This document shows positions 48,147 through 56,445 of a stretch of DNA of 64,000 nt, in pieces; the first letter of the stretch is position 1, and each line of letters starts with the position of its first letter. The stretch is from positions 229,013 through 293,012 of the forward strand of contig OZ246417.1 in NCBI GenBank assembly GCA_965231105.1, written 5' to 3'. Under the pieces are notes generated by a model. That model was not told the DNA's origin and did no database searches. It worked only from the letters and a program-made list of their open reading frames with translations. The DNA is from an uncultured Candidatus Saccharibacteria bacterium (GTDB lineage Bacteria; Patescibacteriota; Saccharimonadia; Saccharimonadales; JACDBH01). The position numbers and the translations under genes were made by a program.

Positions 48147-49523
48147 CTACTGAAGTGCTGTCCAACCTCCGCTTGGATGCCGCGTGCCTAATAAGTTCAT
48201 TGAGCAGTCAAAGCCATGTCCGTATGGACCATTTCTAAAACAGTTATTAATAAGAGTCTGTGCTGTATTGGTGTCCCAACCGTTCCACCAGTCGGCGTGA
48301 AATGTCCAGCCGGGTTGCGCATTCGCAAACATATCAGCAGAGAATTTTAGTCCCGCTGCCCCACCTGCAGGCACACGCCACCTAAAGTGTTCTGTAAGCT
48401 GGGGGTATGTTCTCGGATGAGATGAAGGGCAACCTCTATCAGGCCAGCCGCTAGGATATGACATATGGGATCGGTGATCGGGCGAATCCAGCACAGGATT
48501 ACCTTGTCCGTCTACAGCGCCACACTGAGGGAAAACAATAGTCGCCTGAATATAGTAGCCAGCCGGACAGTTGGCAGGAATCCTGTCTGTATCCCAGTCT
48601 ACGCCGCGCGTTCCCCATGTAGATTGAGCATGCCCCCAGGAAATACAGTCAAAGTACACAGGACGAAACTGCGGATCGAATGGTGCAGAAACTCTAATAG
48701 GACCAGTGGGAGCGACGTTGGGGTTGCCACCCGCTATCATGCGAAGGCCAGCCGGGAACCATTCTATATTTTCAATGCGCGCACCATAGTACCCTAATTT
48801 GTAATAGGCCTGCATTGCAGTGCCGCCTCTGCCGCCAGCACCAGGATTTTGAGGATCAGTATCAGTCATAACTTGAGCAAGATCAAAGGTTCTCGTCTGG
48901 GCGTTATAGCTGTTCGTATTTATAAGAGCCGGTGCCCAATACGCAGTTCTGTTTAGAATGCCGCCATTACAGGTTGAATTCCCTTGCGTTCGTGCATCAG
49001 TCAGATGTGCATTTGCAGCGGTGTTGCCAAAGAATTGGTGCCAGTGAGCCGCACCTGCCTGTCCGGGGTATACAATCGGATCATCCTTTGAGGTATGGCT
49101 GAGCGAACACTCTGTTCTAAAAGCAGCATTGTCATTGCAACCGGATTGCTCATTATTAAAGCAAACAGGATTAGGGGCATAGCTTACGGAAGTGGTACGA
49201 GCGGTACTGAACCCGCTCACGGCTGCAGGTATTGTTGCCTGATTTAAGCAGCTATTATGTGCGAGCTGAGGACCCACTGCACATTCTTGGCTGCTTCCTC
49301 CCATCCCAAAGGTAACGTAGGAGCCATTTGATGCATCGGCTGCGCTATGCGTCATTGCGTTCCCGCTTAAACTGCCGGATTCTGCTTCGAGTTTAACGTG
49401 TGATCGAACGGACTGAGCTATTGCCTGTACTGCAAGAAACAGACTCATTATGAGTACAAGAATAATAATTCGATTGCTTAGAAATTGCTTAAAGTGCGCA
49501 GAAAAACCCTTCATTCCAAACAC
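48147..49523 (-). CDS. Secreted or membrane-anchored protein, DUF1996-like
   Basis: The 458 aa have an N-terminal hydrophobic signal/anchor and are Gly/Asn/Trp/Cys-rich. The motif DPIVYPGQAGAAHWHQFFGN matches what I recall of the DUF1996 signature (PG..S.H.H.FFG). Confidence 0.55.
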   Translation of the reverse strand: MFGMKGFSAHFKQFLSNRIIILVLIMSLFLAVQAIAQSVRSHVKLEAESGSLSGNAMTHSAADASNGSYVTFGMGGSSQECAVGPQLAHNSCLNQATIPAAVSGFSTARTTSVSYAPNPVCFNNEQSGCNDNAAFRTECSLSHTSKDDPIVYPGQAGAAHWHQFFGNTAANAHLTDARTQGNSTCNGGILNRTAYWAPALINTNSYNAQTRTFDLAQVMTDTDPQNPGAGGRGGTAMQAYYKLGYYGARIENIEWFPAGLRMIAGGNPNVAPTGPIRVSAPFDPQFRPVYFDCISWGHAQSTWGTRGVDWDTDRIPANCPAGYYIQATIVFPQCGAVDGQGNPVLDSPDHRSHMSYPSGWPDRGCPSSHPRTYPQLTEHFRWRVPAGGAAGLKFSADMFANAQPGWTFHADWWNGWDTNTAQTLINNCFRNGPYGHGFDCSMNLLGTRHPSGGWTALQ

Positions 49524-49545
49524 CCTACCATAAGCCTTATAGGCA

Positions 49546-49806
49546 TTACAAAACTATTTCCAGTCCGAGCGGCAACCAGAACCCCACAAACATCGCTACG
49601 AGAAGAAGTGCGTATTCAATCTTTCGATCGATCTGAAAACGATCGTGAGATGCAAACACTATACCAAGGATAAGTCCAACCGGTATCGGTATCTGAGTGT
49701 TTCCTTTTGTGACACGAACCCACTGTGAGCCAATGATAAGATATAAAACTAGCTTCAGAACGAAAACACTATCCAGTTCTTGAGACTGAGATTTTGATTT
49801 TTTAGC
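49546..49806 (-). CDS. Hypothetical small membrane protein
   Basis: The ORF is trimmed to an internal Met (MAKKSKSQ...) to avoid overlap with the upstream ORF. It has two hydrophobic helices. Confidence 0.4.
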   Translation of the reverse strand, partial: AKKSKSQSQELDSVFVLKLVLYLIIGSQWVRVTKGNTQIPIPVGLILGIVFASHDRFQIDRKIEYALLLVAMFVGFWLPLGLEIVL

Positions 49807-49817
49807 CATTAGCGTTA

Positions 49818-50117
49818 TTAAAACATATAGGTAGACCGTCGGGCAATCACATCTTCGGCTGGACACACAGTACGGCTAGACAATTCAATCAGTCCACCCC
49901 TGCAATGGCCGCCAATACGGAGAGCATACTCTCGTTCTGCGTCACTCGCATTGAGACTTCCATTTTCTAAGTCTGTAAGGAGATCGAGAGCAACACTGTG
50001 TGCGATCGTACACTTACCACACTCCGGAGCAATGATGTCCATAACGAGATTGTACTTTTCGTATGCTTCCTCTTGTCCAGTCTCCAAAAGCGCCATTGAG
50101 CTATGGTAGCAAGACAT
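49818..50117 (-). CDS. Hypothetical Cys-containing protein
   Basis: A 99-aa ORF with CGKC and HCRGG motifs, at the head of the minus-strand operon that ends with the DUF1996-like gene. Confidence 0.4.
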   Translation of the reverse strand: MSCYHSSMALLETGQEEAYEKYNLVMDIIAPECGKCTIAHSVALDLLTDLENGSLNASDAEREYALRIGGHCRGGLIELSSRTVCPAEDVIARRSTYMF

Positions 50118-50180
50118 ATGCGTTGAAACAGTAAAATTACTTACATAAAATACTTTTTACGATTAGCGTAAAATGGTGTT

Positions 50181-50411
50181 ATGGCTAAAGGCAAAGAGTC
50201 GTCGCCCCGATCAAAAGAGAATGCCCCCGAAAAAGCGAGTCGTTTCTTTCGGAATGTAAACGCCTTAGGGGCACTCGCAATTGGTGGTGCAGCATTCGTT
50301 ATTCCTGGCCCAAATGTCATTTTAGCCTCATGGGCAGGTATTAATGCGGCTCAAGCGGGTGGCTGGGAATTCCTGCGCCGTAAAGCTGAGAAACATCGCA
50401 AGAAAGAATGA
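50181..50411 (+). CDS. Hypothetical small protein
   Basis: A 76-aa ORF with a basic N-terminus and one hydrophobic segment. Confidence 0.35.
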   Translation: MAKGKESSPRSKENAPEKASRFFRNVNALGALAIGGAAFVIPGPNVILASWAGINAAQAGGWEFLRRKAEKHRKKE

Positions 50412-50449
50412 TTCAAATTACTACTTTAATGAAAATGGCTTCCTCTAAT

Positions 50450-51031
50450 CTACTCACCGTTTGCATCTTTAATTTTTGATCTCAATAATCTTCTTACAAC
50501 TTCAGCCTTGGTTGTATTGGCATTAAAAGCTGCCCAGCGTAAATAATTGTGGATTTCTTTGTCTATTACGAAGTTAAACCGAAGATCTTGAAGATCTAGT
50601 TCATTCTGTTGTAAAAATGTTGTAATAATTGAAGACAGGTTGGAAGATGTGTATTTCTTATAAGTGAGTAAATCAGACACAATTCCTGAACCAAAGCTAT
50701 CTCGCAGGGAGTCATTTCTAGTAAGTACTAGGATTGGTTTTTTTAGTTGTAGAGCCAGGGCTGTTTGAAAACCAATTGAAAAACTTTTAGCAGAGGCTTC
50801 AAATATGCATACGTCAGCCTTCTTTATGCTTTCCATGATTAATTTATGAATCGCAGTCCAGTTTCTAGGATCCACATTTGTTTTCTTTATTTTCTTAGTA
50901 GCGGCATAAGCTTCTTCAATCCATTCAAGGGCCAGTCCACATTTGTTTTCTTTAACACAGGCCGTGATAGCCCGAAAGATTTCTATATCTTTTTCTATAT
51001 TACTTTCTGAGGCAGAGAACTGAACAATCAT
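50450..51031 (-). CDS. Nucleoside 2-deoxyribosyltransferase-like / SLOG-fold domain protein with a C-terminal ribbon-helix-helix (RHH) DNA-binding tail
   Basis: The N-terminal segment ...ADVCIFEASAKSFSIGFQTALALQLKKPILVL resembles the NDT/SLOG Rossmann-like core. The C-terminal segment FNFVIDKEIHNYLRWAAFNANTTKAEVVRRLLRSKI fits a beta-alpha-alpha RHH pattern. The coding sequence is AT-rich. Confidence 0.55.
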   Translation of the reverse strand: MIVQFSASESNIEKDIEIFRAITACVKENKCGLALEWIEEAYAATKKIKKTNVDPRNWTAIHKLIMESIKKADVCIFEASAKSFSIGFQTALALQLKKPILVLTRNDSLRDSFGSGIVSDLLTYKKYTSSNLSSIITTFLQQNELDLQDLRFNFVIDKEIHNYLRWAAFNANTTKAEVVRRLLRSKIKDANGE

Positions 51032-51085
51032 AAATAATTTTCCGCTTGCTTTATTTACTCATACTCTATACATATATGTGTAACC

Positions 51086-52099
51086 ATGCAACACATATGT
51101 ACATCGTGTCTGTACTGTTTTAAAAATAAAGCTTGTCGAGAGTGTTGCCTTCGAGAAGCTTATGATATCTTTGAGACAACCGGTGAGAGTTCAACAAAAA
51201 ATCAACTGAACCTATACGGCTTGCAAGAACTAGCAACCTATCCGTTTGAAGTGGAACAAATATCAGAATTTAACATACGCGTATCTCACCCTTATTTTAA
51301 CTGTAGTGAGCTTAATCTTATGCCACTCCTCCAAGTCCTAACAGCTGCTCATAAGAAAGAAATAGATATGGATAAGGATGTATCTAGGAAAATGCTAGAC
51401 CTAACTATAGAGTTGCTGTGCCGAGAAGGGGTTACGATTAAAGATCTTGGAACACGTCTTTCGGAACCCCCTGCTCACACAACCCTGGACATATATATTT
51501 ATGATGCTCGCTTTAGCCATCTCTTAACCTATGAGGCACTGTTCAGGCATTTTTCTCAAGGCGAACTTTTTATAGCGGACATTCATGACCTGACCCACCA
51601 CGGTCTCCAGATGATTGTATTTAGTGATTTTGTACCTAAGCTGGGCCAATTTGGATTGCAGGCTATTCAAAATAAGAGTGAATATCAGCTCGAATTAGCT
51701 ATATTTTTACTATACGCCTGCTTAGAATACTCAATTATCAAAGGCTCAAGGAACGCTTACAGCGGGGGGTGCTTAAATTGGCAGCATCCTCGAAAAAGTC
51801 CTGCAGAGAATGCTCAGTATCAGCCAATGTGCGCAAAATGCATTGTTTCCTGGAACAGCGTAAGAGGTCTTACGTCACTGTATCGAAGAGAAAAACAGTC
51901 AGCTGATAAGCTGGGTATCGAGGTTGAGTGGATGAAGAAATTAGGCTACGACACTTATCCTGAAAATCCTATTACTGGGGATATAACTTTTAGAAAAGAC
52001 ATATTCGTGAGACCGCCACTTTTTAGTGGTCCACATACAATTGAAGCGTTATTAGAAAATGCCACGATACTTATGAAAGAAGAAAGGAGCTACATTTAA
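51086..52099 (+). CDS. Hypothetical protein with an N-terminal Cys cluster (CxxC...CxxCC)
   Basis: The 337-aa ORF is divergent from the NDT-like gene and AT-rich. It contains a His-rich IHDLTHHG segment. Confidence 0.5.
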   Translation: MQHICTSCLYCFKNKACRECCLREAYDIFETTGESSTKNQLNLYGLQELATYPFEVEQISEFNIRVSHPYFNCSELNLMPLLQVLTAAHKKEIDMDKDVSRKMLDLTIELLCREGVTIKDLGTRLSEPPAHTTLDIYIYDARFSHLLTYEALFRHFSQGELFIADIHDLTHHGLQMIVFSDFVPKLGQFGLQAIQNKSEYQLELAIFLLYACLEYSIIKGSRNAYSGGCLNWQHPRKSPAENAQYQPMCAKCIVSWNSVRGLTSLYRREKQSADKLGIEVEWMKKLGYDTYPENPITGDITFRKDIFVRPPLFSGPHTIEALLENATILMKEERSYI

Positions 52100-52101
52100 C
52101 C

Positions 52102-52776
52102 ATGGCGGAAGGCAAGGAAGTTTATCGACAGCCGCATGCAATAACTTCCCAAGGGAAGCTTGCAATAATTGCGGGGCCCCATGGCTCGGGAAAAGATACG
52201 CTTGCTAACTTACTTCCCTTCACGCTCCCTAATTATAGGAAGGTAGTGAGATATACAACGCGCCCCCAAGGTTTAGCAGAAGTTCAGGGCATTGACTACC
52301 ATTTCGTAGGCACAAGCACTTTTACAGAAATGGCTCAGAGTGGCGAATTTATCGAATTTAACAGCTATATGGACGGAGCAACCGGAACTAGAAGACAAGA
52401 TATTCGCACAGCCAGCATGCAGGGCAGTGTTGGAGGCCTTACCATAAACTTTGAAGACGGGCTTAAGTTAAAAGAGAAACTAGAAGCAGAGGGTATTCAG
52501 TCTGTGTGTTTTTTTATCGGTCCTTGTACTGAAGAAGAGATGATAGTGAATCCCTCGGCCTACCTGAAGCTACTTAGCGAGAGGATGGAAAGGAGGGGCA
52601 GATCTTCCGATAATTTAAGTGAGAGACTCAAACGTGCACTCGAATATAGAAATCTTTATCTAAAAAATGCAGCGAGCATAGAATATATCCCAAACATTAA
52701 TCACCTGCAGCATGCAGCCGCTCAGGGTATAGCTAGTGTTTTGTCTGTTCCTGAATCAACCGATCATATTTCTTAA
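52102..52776 (+). CDS. Guanylate kinase-like NMP kinase family protein with an atypical Walker A (GPHGSGKDT)
   Basis: The 224 aa have a P-loop, RYTTRPQG and IDYHFV motifs paralleling Gmk SxTTR...GxDYxFV. It starts 3 nt after the previous stop. Confidence 0.65.
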   Translation: MAEGKEVYRQPHAITSQGKLAIIAGPHGSGKDTLANLLPFTLPNYRKVVRYTTRPQGLAEVQGIDYHFVGTSTFTEMAQSGEFIEFNSYMDGATGTRRQDIRTASMQGSVGGLTINFEDGLKLKEKLEAEGIQSVCFFIGPCTEEEMIVNPSAYLKLLSERMERRGRSSDNLSERLKRALEYRNLYLKNAASIEYIPNINHLQHAAAQGIASVLSVPESTDHIS

Positions 52777-53308
52777 CTTCTAACGACTCTCTACCTATTC
52801 CTAGTTCTTCTGCTTTGCTAAATATCAAAGCCTCCACCTCATCTGTAGGATCGTCGCTGGTCAGCAACTCGATCTCTAGGTACTCACCCAATCTCTCCAC
52901 TAAATCAAGGGCTATAGTTAAGCCATCTTCTTGAATTTCAATACGCTTTTTATTTATCTCTACAACTTTTTTAAAACCAATTGATTCGATAATATTTTTC
53001 GCAACCATAACAGAATCTACTCGTGTTTCATATTCGTTGCTATCACCACTTTGATTGATAGTCTTTTTTAGGGTAAGGATAGTTACTTGACCATCATTAC
53101 GAATTCTAGCTACTGGATCGCCGGGCTTAAAATTACGAAAGCTGTCCATCTTATACAGAAAAACTTGATCCTTCTGTATCTTCTCTTTTGAGCGTGGACT
53201 CCTAAATCGTATATATTTACGAATTTTATCGGCTTGCTCTTTAGAAAGTCGAAATTTACGTTCTATTTCTTTCATATATGGTTTATAGAATAGCGTACCC
53301 TTAGACAA
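52733..53308 (-). CDS. CYTH-domain protein (triphosphate tunnel metalloenzyme / CyaB-like)
   Basis: The 191 aa open with EIERKFRL, the CYTH signature, and show alternating charged beta-strands. It lies directly downstream of rpsJ on the same strand and is AT-rich. Confidence 0.65.
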   Translation of the reverse strand: MSKGTLFYKPYMKEIERKFRLSKEQADKIRKYIRFRSPRSKEKIQKDQVFLYKMDSFRNFKPGDPVARIRNDGQVTILTLKKTINQSGDSNEYETRVDSVMVAKNIIESIGFKKVVEINKKRIEIQEDGLTIALDLVERLGEYLEIELLTSDDPTDEVEALIFSKAEELGIGRESLEVKKYDRLIQEQTKH

Positions 53309-53366
53309 AAACTAAGTACTAAAAATGACCGCTGTGAATAAAAGAGCTGGGCTACTTTTGCTAGTG

Positions 53367-53705
53367 CTACATCTTAATCTCAGCGTCACAACCAGCAGGA
53401 AGACTCAGATTCATAAGTGAATCAATTGTCTTGGGGGTTGGATCAAAGACGTCAATAAGACGCTTATGAATGCGCATTTCGAACTGTTCACGACCCTTTT
53501 TATAGACATGCGGGCTCTTTACAACCGTAAAGGTGTTCTTACGAGTTGGTAGAGGAATTGGACCAGCAATAGTAGCCCCGGTACGAAGAGCGGTGTCTAC
53601 GATCTGCTTGGCAGACTGGTCAATTACTTTATGATCGTATGCCTTAAGGCGGATACGAATACGCTGCTTACCGGCAGGCGCGTCGGTTTTCTTGGCTTCA
53701 GCCAT
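53367..53705 (-). CDS. rpsJ: 30S ribosomal protein S10
   Basis: A 112-aa S10 family match. Confidence 0.95.
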   Translation of the reverse strand: MAEAKKTDAPAGKQRIRIRLKAYDHKVIDQSAKQIVDTALRTGATIAGPIPLPTRKNTFTVVKSPHVYKKGREQFEMRIHKRLIDVFDPTPKTIDSLMNLSLPAGCDAEIKM

Positions 53706-53817
53706 TTATTTCTCCTTATGTCGTAACCTACCACGGAGTGATGAGTGACCGGATAGTTCTCGACAACGATTAATTTAACCTAAGTGATTCTACAATAAAA
53801 CTACTGCAATTGAAAGC

Positions 53818-54165
53818 CTAAAGATATGTCCCGTGATTCCGGCTTTCCTGCGGCTGAACAACCTTATCCAGAGGTATACGGTATTGACCAGTCTGCCACA
53901 ATCCTGTTCCCTGACCCCGTGCTCCATACACAATTTCACGGAGAGGACAGTCGATTTGCCCGCTCTGTTGGTTCTGAGACACCCCTGGACACTCGATTTT
54001 TGTACGCATAGCTTGTAACGCTTTTCTTCCTAGTGCAATCCCCCCTAATGCGACATTCCCGTTTGGTTCAGGATATTCATTGGCGAGTTCTTCGGCTACA
54101 TCGAAAACGGCATCCATCGGACACTTACTTATATCACATGTACTCATACTACTATTGCAACACAA
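53818..54165 (-). CDS. Hypothetical Cys-rich protein between tuf and rpsJ
   Basis: A 115-aa ORF with 7 Cys. The start is uncertain. Confidence 0.4.
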   Translation of the reverse strand: MCCNSSMSTCDISKCPMDAVFDVAEELANEYPEPNGNVALGGIALGRKALQAMRTKIECPGVSQNQQSGQIDCPLREIVYGARGQGTGLWQTGQYRIPLDKVVQPQESRNHGTYL

Positions 54166-54174
54166 ATACCGTTA

Positions 54175-54210
54175 ATTTAAAAGAGCCCCACTTCACCTGG
54201 GGCTCTTCAG
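54175..54210 (-). terminator. Intrinsic terminator after tuf
   Basis: A 9-bp stem AGAGCCCCA/TGGGGCTCT with a 7-nt loop is followed by a U-rich run on the minus strand. A second 7-bp hairpin overlaps the tuf stop. Confidence 0.5.
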
Positions 54211-54227
54211 TGTAACTTTCCGTGAAG

Positions 54228-55412
54228 TTACTTGGTGATAGCGGTTACAACACCGGCACCAACGGTGCGTCCACCTTCGCGGATAGCGAAGCGAAGACCC
54301 TGCTCCATAGCGATAGGAGCAAGCAATTTCACCTTAAAGGTGATGGTATCACCAGGCATGACCATTTCTTTGTCTGCTGGTAATTCAACTTCACCAGTTA
54401 CGTCCGTGGTACGGAAGTAGAACTGAGGCTTGTAGCCCTTAAAGAATGGTGTGTGACGACCACCCTCTTCCTTTGTAAGGATATAGACTTCAGCATCAAA
54501 TTCAGTGTGAGGAGTGATAGTACCGGGCTTAGCCAAAACCTGACCACGCTCGATATCTTCACGCTCAATACCACGAAGAAGGATACCAACGTTGTCACCA
54601 GCTTGACCCTGATCAAGATTCTTCTTGAACATTTCAACACCGGTTACAACAGACTTCTTAGTATCACGAAGACCAACAATTTCTACTTCTTCGTTTACCT
54701 TAACAATACCCTGCTCAATACGGCCGGTAGCAACAGTACCACGACCCTTAATTGAGAAGACATCTTCGATGCTCATAAGGAATGACTTATCGAGTTCGCG
54801 CTTTGGCTCTGGGAAGAAATCATCCATAGCCTTAACGAGTTCCATGATAGCGTCTTCATTCGCACCATCGCCTTCGAGAGCCTTCGTAGCAGAACCCTTA
54901 ATGATTGGAGCGTTTTCGTCGAAGCCATTCTTAGCGAGCAGTTCACGAATGTCCATCTCTACAAGTTCTACGAGTTCAGGATCTGCAAGGTCCATCTTGT
55001 TCATGAAGACCAAGATACTTGGTACGCCCACCTGGCGGGCGAGCAGTACGTGTTCGCGAGTCTGAGGCATAGGGCCGTCAGCTGCAGATACAACCAAGAT
55101 GGCGCCATCAACCTGTGCGGCACCGGTAATCATGTTCTTAACGTAGTCGGCGTGACCAGGCATATCAACGTGTGCATAGTGACGCTTTTCTGATTCATAC
55201 TCCTGGTGAGAGGTAGCAATGGTAATACCACGAGCTTTCTCTTCAGGTGCTTTGTCGATTTCATCGTAGTTAACAGGCTTGTTAACAGCGCTTGGCATCT
55301 TCTTAGCCAAAACGTGGGTAATAGCAGCCGTCAATGTTGTCTTACCGTGGTCAACGTGACCCATGGTACCGACATTTACGTGAGGCTTGCTCCTATCAAA
55401 ATTGTCTGCCAT
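54228..55412 (-). CDS. tuf: Elongation factor Tu
   Basis: The 394 aa have [14 protein letters not shown] and NKMD motifs. Confidence 0.97.
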   Translation of the reverse strand: MADNFDRSKPHVNVGTMGHVDHGKTTLTAAITHVLAKKMPSAVNKPVNYDEIDKAPEEKARGITIATSHQEYESEKRHYAHVDMPGHADYVKNMITGAAQVDGAILVVSAADGPMPQTREHVLLARQVGVPSILVFMNKMDLADPELVELVEMDIRELLAKNGFDENAPIIKGSATKALEGDGANEDAIMELVKAMDDFFPEPKRELDKSFLMSIEDVFSIKGRGTVATGRIEQGIVKVNEEVEIVGLRDTKKSVVTGVEMFKKNLDQGQAGDNVGILLRGIEREDIERGQVLAKPGTITPHTEFDAEVYILTKEEGGRHTPFFKGYKPQFYFRTTDVTGEVELPADKEMVMPGDTITFKVKLLAPIAMEQGLRFAIREGGRTVGAGVVTAITK

Positions 55413-55552
55413 TTGTGTAATGACTCCTTTATTAAATTATTGTTTTCGCGGTCCATGTCGCTGGTACATACCTAGCAACGCCCTCACGCGAGTTACCGAC
55501 ATATAGTAGCGCAAAACTAAGGGGTTTGTAAAGGGTTAACGGTTTGGTTGGC

Positions 55553-56161
55553 TCATGCTGGTGAAGGAAAAACCCGTGTGCGTAAAAACATACAGCGCAA
55601 GAAGACATTAAACATAAATAGCCCTGCTGCGGTAACAATAATACTCAAGCCCGCATTCAGCAGTTTCATCAGATTAAAGTCAACAAAAGTGCCTAAAAAC
55701 AGCTCTGATGCGTACGGCAACACTTTACTGAAAAATAGATAGAACCACACAAAGACTAAGACCGTTGCAATAAATCGTATCAATAAACGCGCAAGAATCG
55801 TTTGCCACGTATTGGTTTTGGCATAACCTTGCGGCACCATAAAGCCACTCAATGGTGGGATGTCGTTCTTGTATGCATGAGCAATGGTTGCAGTTCCCCA
55901 ACATAAAAGGTACACCAGCATACCAATGACGCCCCAGATAAACAGTGTTACAAACTTTTTACCCGTTTCTCCGCTTAAGGGCTCGACAATTTTATCGACC
56001 GTTGTTTGAAAATAATCCGTCGAAATAACTTCGCCATTTCCATACAAATTAGTGATAGAAAGCGAGTTGATCATGAACAAAGCGGCAGCAGCAATCGCTA
56101 AAAGGCTAGCTACTTCGTACTTTGAGGGAATAAAAATAGTTAAAAGGCGCGATCGTGCCAT
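55553..56161 (-). CDS. Hypothetical integral membrane protein inserted between fusA and tuf
   Basis: A 202-aa ORF with about 5 hydrophobic helices. Confidence 0.5.
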   Translation of the reverse strand: MARSRLLTIFIPSKYEVASLLAIAAAALFMINSLSITNLYGNGEVISTDYFQTTVDKIVEPLSGETGKKFVTLFIWGVIGMLVYLLCWGTATIAHAYKNDIPPLSGFMVPQGYAKTNTWQTILARLLIRFIATVLVFVWFYLFFSKVLPYASELFLGTFVDFNLMKLLNAGLSIIVTAAGLFMFNVFLRCMFLRTRVFPSPA

Positions 56162-56222
56162 AATGCTTACTCCTCAAGTATAGCCATAATCGGTGCTCAA
56201 ACAAAGTTAACTCAAAGAAGAG

Positions 56223-56426
56223 CTATACTTCGTAGTCGGTATAGGGATCTGGCTCTGCAACAGGCGCCGCGGTAAGCCTGGTTGGGCGCTCCATGACAAA
56301 AGATGCCACTTTTGCCGTACCAATGCTTACCAGCGCACCAACCGCATAGACTGCCGTCCGGCCAACATCCTTTGCTCGGTCAGCAAGACTTTTGCCTGGA
56401 TCAATATCGAATAGGTGTTCAGACAT
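56223..56426 (-). CDS. Hypothetical small protein
   Basis: A 67-aa ORF with one hydrophobic segment, 20 nt downstream of fusA. Confidence 0.35.
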   Translation of the reverse strand: MSEHLFDIDPGKSLADRAKDVGRTAVYAVGALVSIGTAKVASFVMERPTRLTAAPVAEPDPYTDYEV

Positions 56427-56445
56427 AGCTCTATTTTAAAGCGTT

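Noticed and set aside
50450-51031. Possibility that the NDT-like protein is an active nucleoside deoxyribosyltransferase.
   Set aside because: The position aligned to the NDT catalytic Glu appears substituted, and a DNA-binding RHH tail is present. This favours a sensor/regulator, but the alignment register is uncertain, so the possibility is rejected only tentatively.
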